Numbered from the stretch's first letter, positions 48,163 to 56,479 are shown. The stretch is 64,000 nt of DNA from Thermodesulfovibrionales bacterium (GCA_026417875.1 JAOACK010000004.1:6244-70243); one strand, 5' to 3'. The notes: a model not told the origin generated them from the sequence alone. Numbers and translations: made by a program.

Positions 48163-49568
48163 TCAGAACCTCCTTTTTCAATCTTTCTCAGCTCATCAGC
48201 TTCAAAGATAGCCGGCTCTTTATGGTAAAGTATCATTTTATTTTTACCAAGTGACTTTGCCTCATACATAGCCTTATCAGCAGCACTCAGAAGCCTGTCA
48301 GCATCAGTAAAATCATCAGGGCATGTGGTAATTCCACCACTTATTGTAACAGGACATATAACCTCCGCACCTTTATCAGACCTGCATTCAACCACTGTTT
48401 TTGAGATCTCCTCTCTAATCCTGTTTGCTATTGCACCCGCCTCTTCCTTTCCTGTATTTGGAAGCAAGAGAATGAACTCCTCTCCTCCATAACGGGCTAT
48501 TATATCAACCTTTCTTAATGTCCTTTTGAGGATATCTGCAAGGACCTGAAGAACCCTGTCACCCGCCAGGTGACCATACTCATCGTTCACCCTCTTAAAG
48601 TCATCTATATCTATTAGCACAAGAGAAAAATTAGCCCCATACCTCTTTACCCGCTCTATTTCCTTTTCGAGGGCTCCATAGAAGTATCTGCGGTTGAAGA
48701 GACCTGTAAGACTATCTGTAATGGAAAGCCTTTCTAGTTCCTTAAAAAGCCTTATCTTATCAAAAACAAGAGCGACATTGTTCCCGATAAGTGATATTAT
48801 AGAGGCAAGCTCAAGGTCAAAGACCCGTTCCTTCCTGTTGCCAAGAAGGAGATAGCCAAGCACAGTACCGCTGCTAACAAGAGGCACGATCACAAAAAAC
48901 AAAATACCTTCTCTCATGAGAATTTCATTACTTCCGATCTCCTCTCTGTCAAAGACCCTCATGGGAGACTCTGAAGAGGTTATTAGTTTCTGAAAATCTC
49001 CCTGAATAGACCTCTGAAAGGCAAGTGAAAAACCCCTCTGCGCCCTGACTGCAAGACCTCCTCTTTCCTCTGCTGGTGTCAGAACAGCTCCCACCCCGAA
49101 ATCTCCCACGAGCATACATTTTTCAAGTATATTACCATATAGCTCTTCTGTTTCAGAGGATGAGATAAATATATTGGATATGGAATTAGCGATCATCAGT
49201 TCCTTGTTCTTTCTAAGGAGTTCTTTTTCCGCATTTATAAATCTTGTTACATCAATAAGATATATAAAATGGGTCCTTTCACCGTAGAATTCCTGACTTC
49301 TATTCAAATCAATCTTCACTTCAAATACCGAATCTCCCTGATAGACATAAAGATTTCTTGGCCTGTGTTCATGAATCAAAGCTTCTGTTAAATCAAGTCT
49401 TATATCTCTGAACAGCCCTATATCCCTAACATCAAGACCTACTGAAACCTTTGCTGCACCTGACAGAAGCATAAAAGCCCTGTTAAAATCAATAATGGTA
49501 AAGTCATGTCTTACTACAACAAGAGGGATACTTACAAGGTCAAGAAAGTGATTAACAGCTCTACTCAT
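48159..49568 (-). CDS. PAS-GAF-GGDEF diguanylate cyclase
   Basis: 469 aa. C-terminal GGDEF domain with active site GGEEF and an RxxD I-site (RKVD) five residues upstream. N-terminal sensor regions are PAS-like and GAF-like. Confidence 0.88.
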   Translation of the reverse strand: MSRAVNHFLDLVSIPLVVVRHDFTIIDFNRAFMLLSGAAKVSVGLDVRDIGLFRDIRLDLTEALIHEHRPRNLYVYQGDSVFEVKIDLNRSQEFYGERTHFIYLIDVTRFINAEKELLRKNKELMIANSISNIFISSSETEELYGNILEKCMLVGDFGVGAVLTPAEERGGLAVRAQRGFSLAFQRSIQGDFQKLITSSESPMRVFDREEIGSNEILMREGILFFVIVPLVSSGTVLGYLLLGNRKERVFDLELASIISLIGNNVALVFDKIRLFKELERLSITDSLTGLFNRRYFYGALEKEIERVKRYGANFSLVLIDIDDFKRVNDEYGHLAGDRVLQVLADILKRTLRKVDIIARYGGEEFILLLPNTGKEEAGAIANRIREEISKTVVECRSDKGAEVICPVTISGGITTCPDDFTDADRLLSAADKAMYEAKSLGKNKMILYHKEPAIFEADELRKIEKGGSE

Positions 49569-50536
49569 TATAAACCCTCGTCTCTCATTAAATCAGTCTC
49601 ATATTTTATTATACCCTCTAAGATACCAAAATCACTAACCACAATGCTCTCTTGAGAAAATAGCTTCATAATCTCCATAACTGTGATAAGGCCTGCAAGG
49701 ATTATATCCTCCCTGCCCTTTTCCATGCCCCTGATCTCGCTCATCTCTTTTAATGTTAAGGTAGAAAGCCTGTCAAATATTGCTTTCAGATTTGGAAAGA
49801 ATAATCTGTGACCGTGAATTCTTTCTGGAATATAAGTATCAAGAGAAAGATCAATACTGGCAAGGGTTGTAACTGTTCCGCCTGTACCTATAAGTGCCTC
49901 AGGCTTGAGCCCTGAGGCTAACGATTGAAGTGCAGAGAAGATATTTTTAATATCAGAACTTATTCTGTAAATAATTTCCTTTGACGGAGGGAAATTCCTT
50001 ATGTGCCTTGAAAGCTTAAGGACACCAGCAGGAACGGAGTGCAGCTCTGTAAAACCATTTCCACTTATGACAAATTCTGTGCTTCCTCCTCCAATGTCAA
50101 AGGCAATGAATTCCTTAGGGAGCTCAAGACCGAGCCTGATACCTTCTATTGTAAGGAATGCCTCTTCCTCAGGTGTGATAACCCTGATATCAATACCTGT
50201 TTCATTTTTTACTCTTTCAATAAAGTATTTGGAATTTTCTGCCTCTCTTAAGGCAGAAGTACCAACAGCAGCTATCCTCCTCACATTAAATTCCTCTGCC
50301 TTTTTTCTGAAATTCCTGAAACAATCAAGGCTATCCTCTATTCTCTGCTCATTTAATCTACCGCTGTTCGTGATTGATTCACCAAGCCTTGTAATCCTTC
50401 TGTCTGAATAAAGCCTCTGCAAAGTCTTTCCTTTTAAAAAACCTATAAGAAGTCTTATGGTATTAGAACCCGTATCTATAGAGGCTATCAGGGGAGAGCT
50501 TTGTGAGGGTCTTTGTTCTTCTTTCTTTAAGCTCAA
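49568..50536 (-). CDS. ppx: Ppx/GppA family exopolyphosphatase/phosphatase
   Basis: IASIDTGSNTIRLLI, DIGGGSTE, and actin-like ATPase fold pattern. The TTG track start overlaps proS by 74 nt, so the true start is uncertain. Confidence 0.85.
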   Translation of the reverse strand: MSLKKEEQRPSQSSPLIASIDTGSNTIRLLIGFLKGKTLQRLYSDRRITRLGESITNSGRLNEQRIEDSLDCFRNFRKKAEEFNVRRIAAVGTSALREAENSKYFIERVKNETGIDIRVITPEEEAFLTIEGIRLGLELPKEFIAFDIGGGSTEFVISGNGFTELHSVPAGVLKLSRHIRNFPPSKEIIYRISSDIKNIFSALQSLASGLKPEALIGTGGTVTTLASIDLSLDTYIPERIHGHRLFFPNLKAIFDRLSTLTLKEMSEIRGMEKGREDIILAGLITVMEIMKLFSQESIVVSDFGILEGIIKYETDLMRDEGL

Positions 50537-52127
50537 TGTATCCTTCCTTTAAACCCTTTTCACCTATTATAACCTGATAGGGTATGCCTATTAGATCGGC
50601 ATCCTTAAATTTAACGCCTGGTCTCTGATCCCTGTCATCAAGAAGGACATCAAGTCCTCTTTCTCTTAAGGCATTATAAATCTTTACTGCCAGGTCCATA
50701 ACCTCACTGCCTGTGCTTAATGGAATGATTTCAATATCAAATGGTGCAATGCTTTTTGGCCATATTATGCCGTCAGCATCATGGTTCTGCTCTACAGCAG
50801 CAGCCATAATCCTGGCAGGACCGATTCCATAGCTCCCCATTATTATGGGCTTCTGCTGGCCAGAGCTATCAAGATAAAAAGCCTTGAGAGGGACTGAATA
50901 TTTTGTGCCAAGCTTAAAGATATTACCTACCTCAATGGCCTTCTCCATCTTCAATCTTCCATTGCATTTAGGGCATCCTTCTCCCTCTCTCGCTACATGA
51001 AGCGGATACCACTCAGCCTCAAAGTGAATACCTGCCCTTAAACCCTTTACATGATAGTCCTTCTTATTTGCACCACTTACATAAAAGCCATCTTTAAGGA
51101 CAGGATCGGCCAGAATCCTAAGCTTGTGACCATGAGGTCCTATGAAACCTGGCTCGGTTCCAATTTTTTCCAGGATCTCTTCTTTTAATGCCTGTCTGAA
51201 TGGACCTATTATCTTCTGGAGCTTCTTTTCGTGAAGCTGCTGATCTCCCCTCAAAAGTACAAGGACCATCCCTTCAGAAGCCATCAATGCAAGTGTCTTT
51301 ATAAAACCCTCCTTTTGTAAACCAAGAAACTTAGAGACCTCTTCAACTGTTTTTAGACCAGGTGTGTAAACCTCTTCCAGATTTGACTCTTCTGAATCAT
51401 AGTGAGCAGGAACAGAATCAGCAACCTCTACATTTGCTGCATATCCACATTTATCACAGAGCAAAATCTCATCCTCACCTGCAGACGAGGGCGCCATGAA
51501 TTCATGAGACTGACCACCACCCATCATTCCAGGGTCTGATTCAACTTCATAGAATTTCAGGCCACACCTTTGAAATATCCTGTGATAGGCCTTTCTGTGT
51601 ATCTCGTAACTTTGAGCAAGACCCTCTTCGTCAATATCAAAACTGTAGCTATCCTTCATAATGAACTCTCTTGTCCTGATAATTCCAGCCTTTGGTCTTG
51701 CCTCATCTCTTAGTTTTATCTGAATCTGGTACCATATCTGGGGAAGTTCCCTGTAAGACCTTATCTCTTTTGCAGCAAGCCATGCCATAACCTCTTCGTG
51801 AGTCATTCCAAGACACATATTCCTTCCACCCCTGTCCTTGAGCCTGAACATCTCATCCTTGATCTCAAACCATCTTCCAGTAGCCTCCCAGAGTTCAGAG
51901 GGATGAAGTACAGGGCAGGTTATCTCCTGAGCACCGATGGCATCCATCTCTTCCCTTAAGATCTTTATAATCCTCTGCATTACCCTCCAGCCAAGGGGCA
52001 GAAAGATATAAAGACCTGATGCAAGCTGTCTGATAAATCCACCTCTCAGAAGAAGCCTGTGGCTTACAGACTCGGCCTCCTGGCCAACCTCCCTCAAAGT
52101 AGGTATAAATAGTTTTGAATAAAACAT
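50463..52127 (-). CDS. proS: proline--tRNA ligase (bacterial type with INS editing domain)
   Basis: 554 aa. Class II motifs (FRDE, GMTHEE) and an inserted editing domain. Confidence 0.95.
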   Translation of the reverse strand: MFYSKLFIPTLREVGQEAESVSHRLLLRGGFIRQLASGLYIFLPLGWRVMQRIIKILREEMDAIGAQEITCPVLHPSELWEATGRWFEIKDEMFRLKDRGGRNMCLGMTHEEVMAWLAAKEIRSYRELPQIWYQIQIKLRDEARPKAGIIRTREFIMKDSYSFDIDEEGLAQSYEIHRKAYHRIFQRCGLKFYEVESDPGMMGGGQSHEFMAPSSAGEDEILLCDKCGYAANVEVADSVPAHYDSEESNLEEVYTPGLKTVEEVSKFLGLQKEGFIKTLALMASEGMVLVLLRGDQQLHEKKLQKIIGPFRQALKEEILEKIGTEPGFIGPHGHKLRILADPVLKDGFYVSGANKKDYHVKGLRAGIHFEAEWYPLHVAREGEGCPKCNGRLKMEKAIEVGNIFKLGTKYSVPLKAFYLDSSGQQKPIIMGSYGIGPARIMAAAVEQNHDADGIIWPKSIAPFDIEIIPLSTGSEVMDLAVKIYNALRERGLDVLLDDRDQRPGVKFKDADLIGIPYQVIIGEKGLKEGYIELKERRTKTLTKLSPDSLYRYGF

Positions 52128-52189
52128 GGTAATAATTGTAAAATTACCATCTTCAGAAGGTCAAGTGCAGGTATGTTAAAATAAATTCA

Positions 52190-52261
52190 GCCGGGATAGC
52201 TCAGCGGTAGAGCAGCTGATTCGTAATCAGCTGGTCGAGGGTTCGAATCCCTTTCCCGGCT
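52190..52261 (+). tRNA. tRNA-Thr (anticodon CGU), CCA not encoded
   Basis: GCCGGGATAGCTCAGCGGTAGAGCAGCTGATTCGTAATCAGCTGGTCGAGGGTTCGAATCCCTTTCCCGGCT folds as a cloverleaf with anticodon loop TTCGTAA. Confidence 0.9.
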
Positions 52262-52290
52262 CTTGTCTGATTTTTGTTGTGTAAGATTTT

Positions 52291-52886
52291 TTATTCCAAT
52301 AGCTTAAAATCTTTCAAAGGAATCATGTCAAACTCAACAGTACCATGTATGAATTGCTTAAGTAACTTTCCAGATTTTCGCCATTTTACTGCCCTTGTTG
52401 AAATTTCAATTTCTTGCCATTCTTTATCTGACCGCTCGTTGTCCACTGAACAATGATGTAATCCCTTGTCATGATAGATGCTAAAGACGTCCGAACCTGC
52501 CGTACCATCTGGAAATCGGTTTTGGATCAATACCATGAAGTTGATAGTCTAAGGCCGCATAATTGCTATTCTATCTTCTAAAAGTATTGAACCAAAAATT
52601 GTTGCAGGTGTAAATTCTATTGGAAGCGAATTTATAAAATTGAGTCTTTTTCCATTTGGCGTGTCGTACCACACTACATCACTAAGTCCCTGTTACCAAG
52701 AAAAAAAATTAAATCTCCTTCATTTTCTGCTTCAAATGATTTGGTTTTTACATCCTTTTCACTTTCAATATAATCATAACGCCTCTTCAGAGGATGCCAT
52801 GATAAACACCAAATGTTTTCTTGACCAATTAATTTATTAAGCCAAAATTTTAATTCTTCTGGCAAAGCATAAAATGCATAACTCAT
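52291..52886 (-). pseudogene. degraded ORF of unknown function (one frameshift plus one in-frame TAG) next to tRNA-Thr
   Basis: There are three collinear minus-strand pieces. The first is MSYAFYALPEELKFWLNKLIGQ...GNRDLVM*. After a shift comes LSDVVWYDTPNGKRLNFINSLPIEFTPATIFGSILLEDRIAIMRP*. The third, in the same frame as the second, is TINFMVLIQNRFPDGTAGSDVF...KDFKLLE*. The region is visibly more AT-rich than its flanks. Confidence 0.45.
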
Positions 52887-53056
52887 TATTATTCACTTTT
52901 ATTTTAATCTGCTGTTTGTAATAATGTAAAACCAGGCGTTGTACCTGTAGCACGATATAATTTTAACCTCTAAACATAGGTATTTACCAGTCTCTATCCC
53001 CTTTTTTAAATCTTGTTTTTTCGGCATTTTACAGTAAAACTTTAGTTATCCCAAAT

Positions 53057-53083
53057 TAAAGTTTTCGCTCAACAGTCCGAATC
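53057..53083 (+). promoter_or_regulatory. sigma28 (FliA)-type promoter for flagellin
   Basis: TAAAGTTT-N11-TCCGAATC compared with the consensus TAAAGTTT-N11-GCCGATAA. About 115 nt upstream of the flagellin ATG. Confidence 0.5.
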
Positions 53084-53144
53084 AAAAAGTGAAGGCCAAA
53101 TACGGGAGAAAGGAGGTGGAAATAATTAGAAATTCCCAGGGCCT

Positions 53145-53178
53145 GAATTCAAACCGGTAAGAATTACCGGTAAAATTC
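53145..53178 (+). promoter_or_regulatory. stem-loop in flagellin 5' UTR immediately upstream of the SD
   Basis: GAATT-caa-ACCGGTAA-gaa-TTACCGGT-aaa-AATTC (5 + 8 bp). It ends 5 nt before AGGAGG (53184-53189). Confidence 0.6.
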
Positions 53179-53197
53179 TCAGAAGGAGGTATTTAAG

Positions 53198-54016
53198 ATG
53201 CCAATCAATGACATTACCCTTACCGCTGGAATGCGGTCAAATCTTTTAAGCCTTCAGAAAACAGCAGAACTTTTTGACAGAACACAGGTAAGACTCTCAA
53301 CAGGTAAAAAGGTCAATTCCGCCCTTGATGATCCTGTAAACTACTTTGCAGCAAAGGCACACATGAACAGGGCATCTGACCTTGCAGCGCTCAAGGATAT
53401 GATGAATGAGGCGATCCAGACCGTTAAGGCTGCTGACGCAGGTCTTTCAGCAATTGAATCACTTATCTATCAGGCAAAATCTCTTGCCCAGTCAGCACTT
53501 CAATCAAATGATGCAACCACAAGGTCAAACTTGATGGCTCAGTACAATGAAATACTAAATCAGATAGACAATGTGGCTGGTGACTCCGGATATCGTGGCA
53601 CAAATCTTATTGATGATGGTACAGACAATCTAGTTGTAATATTCAATGAAGATGGCACAAGCACCCTTACGATTAACCACCAGGATGCAACTTCCGCAGG
53701 ACTCGGAATAAATCAGGCTACTGACTGGTCATCAGATACAAATATCCAGACATCAATCAGCGAGCTTGATTCTGCGATTGTTACCCTGAGGCAGTACTCA
53801 CAGACCCTATCTTCTAATCTCTCAGTTGTTCAGACAAGGCTTGACTTCACAAACAATATGATCAATACTCTTACAAAGGGTGCAGAGAACCTTACACTTG
53901 CAGACATGAATGAAGAGGGTGCAAACCTGCTAATGCTCCAGACCAGACAGGCACTCGGTGTAACAGCTCTCAGCCTTGCATCTCAGGCAGCCCAGTCAGT
54001 ACTGAGGTTATTCTAA
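53198..54016 (+). CDS. fliC: flagellin (short, alphaproteobacterial-like type)
   Basis: 272 aa. N-terminal D0/D1 (LTAGMRSNLLSLQKTAELFDRTQVRLSTGKKVNSALDDPVNYF) and C-terminal (LQTRQALGVTALSLASQAAQSVLRLF) flagellin helices. Confidence 0.9.
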   Translation: MPINDITLTAGMRSNLLSLQKTAELFDRTQVRLSTGKKVNSALDDPVNYFAAKAHMNRASDLAALKDMMNEAIQTVKAADAGLSAIESLIYQAKSLAQSALQSNDATTRSNLMAQYNEILNQIDNVAGDSGYRGTNLIDDGTDNLVVIFNEDGTSTLTINHQDATSAGLGINQATDWSSDTNIQTSISELDSAIVTLRQYSQTLSSNLSVVQTRLDFTNNMINTLTKGAENLTLADMNEEGANLLMLQTRQALGVTALSLASQAAQSVLRLF

Positions 54017-54021
54017 ATTAA

Positions 54022-54043
54022 GGCAGGGGCTCTGCCCCTGCCC
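54022..54043 (+). terminator. hairpin/terminator after flagellin
   Basis: GGCAGGGGC-TCT-GCCCCTGCC: a 9-bp GC stem 6 nt after the TAA. The T-tract is weak, so it may attenuate rather than fully terminate. Confidence 0.6.
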
Positions 54044-54064
54044 TGATTGATTGCAGGTTATGCC

Positions 54065-54535
54065 ATGGCTGTAACAGGAATAGGTGAAGGTCATTATCAA
54101 GTACTCCGTATAGGGTCTGAGGATAAAAAACAGGAATTTTTTTCTTCAGGTAAAATTGATGAAAAAGAATTTACCATTGAATTAAAAAAATCTGACAGTT
54201 TCAAAGAAATATACTGGATAAAATCAGAACTTTATAACTCATTACGCAAAGAAAATTTTAAAGACCTCATGGAAAATATTTCAGAAAAACCCCTCCACGT
54301 AAAAAAGGTATTTCCACCCTATCCACCTTTAGATGAAGACAGAATAAAAGCACTCACGAGTTTTTCTGCCTTCAGGGCACTTATTGAAAGGCTCACAATA
54401 CCGCCTGAACAGAAAGAAGAAATAACCAGACTTTCCGCTGAGACAGCTGAGATAAAAAGTCTTCAAATAAGGCACTACCTTTCTAAAGAAAAAAATAGTA
54501 TAACAGGAGAAATGATTTTTTTAAAGGAATTTTAA
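54065..54535 (+). CDS. hypothetical protein between flagellin and flbT
   Basis: About 156 aa from ATG 54065 (the track uses TTG 54047). No motif I recognise. Its stop lies 1 nt before the flbT ATG. Confidence 0.5.
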   Translation: MAVTGIGEGHYQVLRIGSEDKKQEFFSSGKIDEKEFTIELKKSDSFKEIYWIKSELYNSLRKENFKDLMENISEKPLHVKKVFPPYPPLDEDRIKALTSFSAFRALIERLTIPPEQKEEITRLSAETAEIKSLQIRHYLSKEKNSITGEMIFLKEF

Positions 54536-54536
54536 C

Positions 54537-54935
54537 ATGGCTCTCAAGATAAATCTTAAACCAGGAGAAAAGATAATCATAGGTGGAGCAGTAATTAAAA
54601 ATGGCGACAGGCCAAACACAATTTATATAGAAAATAAAGTCCCGCTCTTAAGAGAGAAGGACATAATGAAAGAGGAGGATGCCCTCACCTACTGTAGCAA
54701 GATATATTTTGTTATACAGCTCATGTATATAGATGGTAAGAACATGTTAGATTATCACAGAATTTACTGGAAGCTCGTAAGGGAACTTGTTGATGCTGTT
54801 CCGAGGACAACAGGTATAATTGACCAGATAAGTCAGAACATTCTTGAAGAAAATTATTATCAGGCATTAAAGCTTGCGAAAAAACTCATGGAATTTGAAA
54901 AGGAGGTATTAAATTATGTTAAAAACAGGCATTGA
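54537..54935 (+). CDS. flbT: flagellar biosynthesis repressor FlbT
   Basis: MALKINLKPGEKIIIGGAVIKNGDRPNTIYIENKVPLLREKDIM...IYFVIQLMYID matches the FlbT family signature closely. Confidence 0.88.
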   Translation: MALKINLKPGEKIIIGGAVIKNGDRPNTIYIENKVPLLREKDIMKEEDALTYCSKIYFVIQLMYIDGKNMLDYHRIYWKLVRELVDAVPRTTGIIDQISQNILEENYYQALKLAKKLMEFEKEVLNYVKNRH

Positions 54936-55290
54936 GGCTTACAGGGATGTTGAGAAAGCCACCCTTTCAGGAAGGGAACTTGAAGCATCTATCCTTGTCA
55001 AGGCAGCCCATCTCCTTAAGGAGTGCAGGGATAGATGGAATGAGCCAGACAGGGATGAAAAGCTTGATAAGGCATTGAGGTACAATCAGAGGCTCTGGAG
55101 TCTTTTCCAGGCAGAACTCTCAAGACCTGACCATCCCATGCCAAAGAATTTAAGGGAAGACCTTCTGAGTCTCAGTCTCTTTATTGACAAAAGGACCTTT
55201 GAATTAATGGCATCACCATCTCCTGAAAAACTTGATATCCTGATAAAGATAAATCTTAATATAGCTGCTGGATTGAGATCAAAGCCTTGA
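54916..55290 (+). CDS. flaF: flagellar biosynthesis regulator FlaF
   Basis: AYRDVEKATLSGRELEASILVKAA...LRYNQRLWSLF...KINLNIAAGLR matches the FlaF family signature. Overlaps flbT by 20 nt. Confidence 0.88.
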   Translation: MLKTGIEAYRDVEKATLSGRELEASILVKAAHLLKECRDRWNEPDRDEKLDKALRYNQRLWSLFQAELSRPDHPMPKNLREDLLSLSLFIDKRTFELMASPSPEKLDILIKINLNIAAGLRSKP

Positions 55291-55291
55291 A

Positions 55292-56479
55292 GTGTTTAAT
55301 AAAGCAACCATAAGTGAAAACCTCTTTTCCGTACTTGGGAACAAATTTAGCAATTATTCCTCTTTCTCAGGGACAGCTCTTTCAAGGGCAATTGATCTTT
55401 ACCTGAGTGGTAACTATGAAGGTTCTATCAGAGAACTGAGAAGGGCTATCAGTCTTGATCCCTATTCAGAAAATAGCATAAAGGCCTATGAATTTATGGC
55501 ACAGGCCTTTTTGAAATTACAGAAAAAAGAGGATGCAGAAAAGACTTACAGAGAGGCAATTAAATTATTTCCTCAAAATGATAACCTCTATCTCAAGCTT
55601 GGATATCTCTACTTTCATGAAGGAAGATATAAAGAGGCTGAAGACGCCTTTTTAAAGGCTGTAAGATTAAATCCATCTGAAGATAATCTCTATGCACTGG
55701 GTCAGGCCTATCTATCACTTAATAAATTTAAGGAGGCAAAGGAGATCTTTCAAAGAATATTAAAAAGGGAACCGAAAAATTACGGTACTCTATATGCCCT
55801 TGGGCAGATATATGTAAGAGAGGAGAATTATGGCGAGGCAATAAAGATATTTAAAGAAGTGATCAGCATTAAGAGCGATTTTGCCTATGCTTATTTTGAC
55901 CTAGGAGCGCTCTACGCTGATATGAATGAATTCAGTCTCGCCGAAGAACAGATCCGCATTCTTGAAGGAATAAATAAAGATCTGGCAGAGGACCTGAAGG
56001 CCTATATATTAAAGGTAAAAAAGCCAGGATTCATATTTGTAGATACCTCCAGAGCCTTTAATATAAAAAGGGGACCTGGTACACCTCTGAGCTCTCTTGA
56101 CCCTGCTCTTTCAGTTCCTGGTGCATCAAAACGTTTCATGATAGAGTTTTATTTTGATAAACCCATGGACAGAAGATCTGTTGAAAAAATAACTAACTGG
56201 TCAATTACCAGATCATCAGGTATCAATCAGGGCGGTCTTTATAACTGGGGACTTCCTGTTCCTCAAACAGAAATATCAATCAATCCCCTGCCTGACCTTG
56301 TTATTTATAATTCTCAGAGGAATTCTGCTACAGTCATATTTACACTGAAACAGAATAGCACGGGTGATGGTACCATTGATCCATCCCATATTATTTTTAG
56401 ATTCTATGGAAAGGACATCTATGGCAATTATATGGATCCTTCAAAGGATGAATACGGAGGTCTTTCACTAATAGTTTAA
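55292..56479 (+). CDS. TPR-repeat protein with C-terminal beta-rich (Ig-like) domain
   Basis: 395 aa. About 6 TPR units (e.g. AYEFMAQAFLKLQKKEDAEKTYREAIKLFPQN), then a 150-aa non-helical C-terminus. The GTG start is 1 nt after the flaF stop. Confidence 0.65.
   Translation: MFNKATISENLFSVLGNKFSNYSSFSGTALSRAIDLYLSGNYEGSIRELRRAISLDPYSENSIKAYEFMAQAFLKLQKKEDAEKTYREAIKLFPQNDNLYLKLGYLYFHEGRYKEAEDAFLKAVRLNPSEDNLYALGQAYLSLNKFKEAKEIFQRILKREPKNYGTLYALGQIYVREENYGEAIKIFKEVISIKSDFAYAYFDLGALYADMNEFSLAEEQIRILEGINKDLAEDLKAYILKVKKPGFIFVDTSRAFNIKRGPGTPLSSLDPALSVPGASKRFMIEFYFDKPMDRRSVEKITNWSITRSSGINQGGLYNWGLPVPQTEISINPLPDLVIYNSQRNSATVIFTLKQNSTGDGTIDPSHIIFRFYGKDIYGNYMDPSKDEYGGLSLIV

Noticed and set aside
50001-50411. 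136-aa plus-strand ORF
   Set aside because: Antisense to the Ppx/GppA gene. Shadow ORF.
53115-53159. 14-codon upstream ORF (GTG...TAA) in the flagellin leader
   Set aside because: The GTG has zero spacing from the SD-like AAGGAGG, so initiation is implausible. I treat the GGAGG as an RNA/protein-binding or standby element instead.
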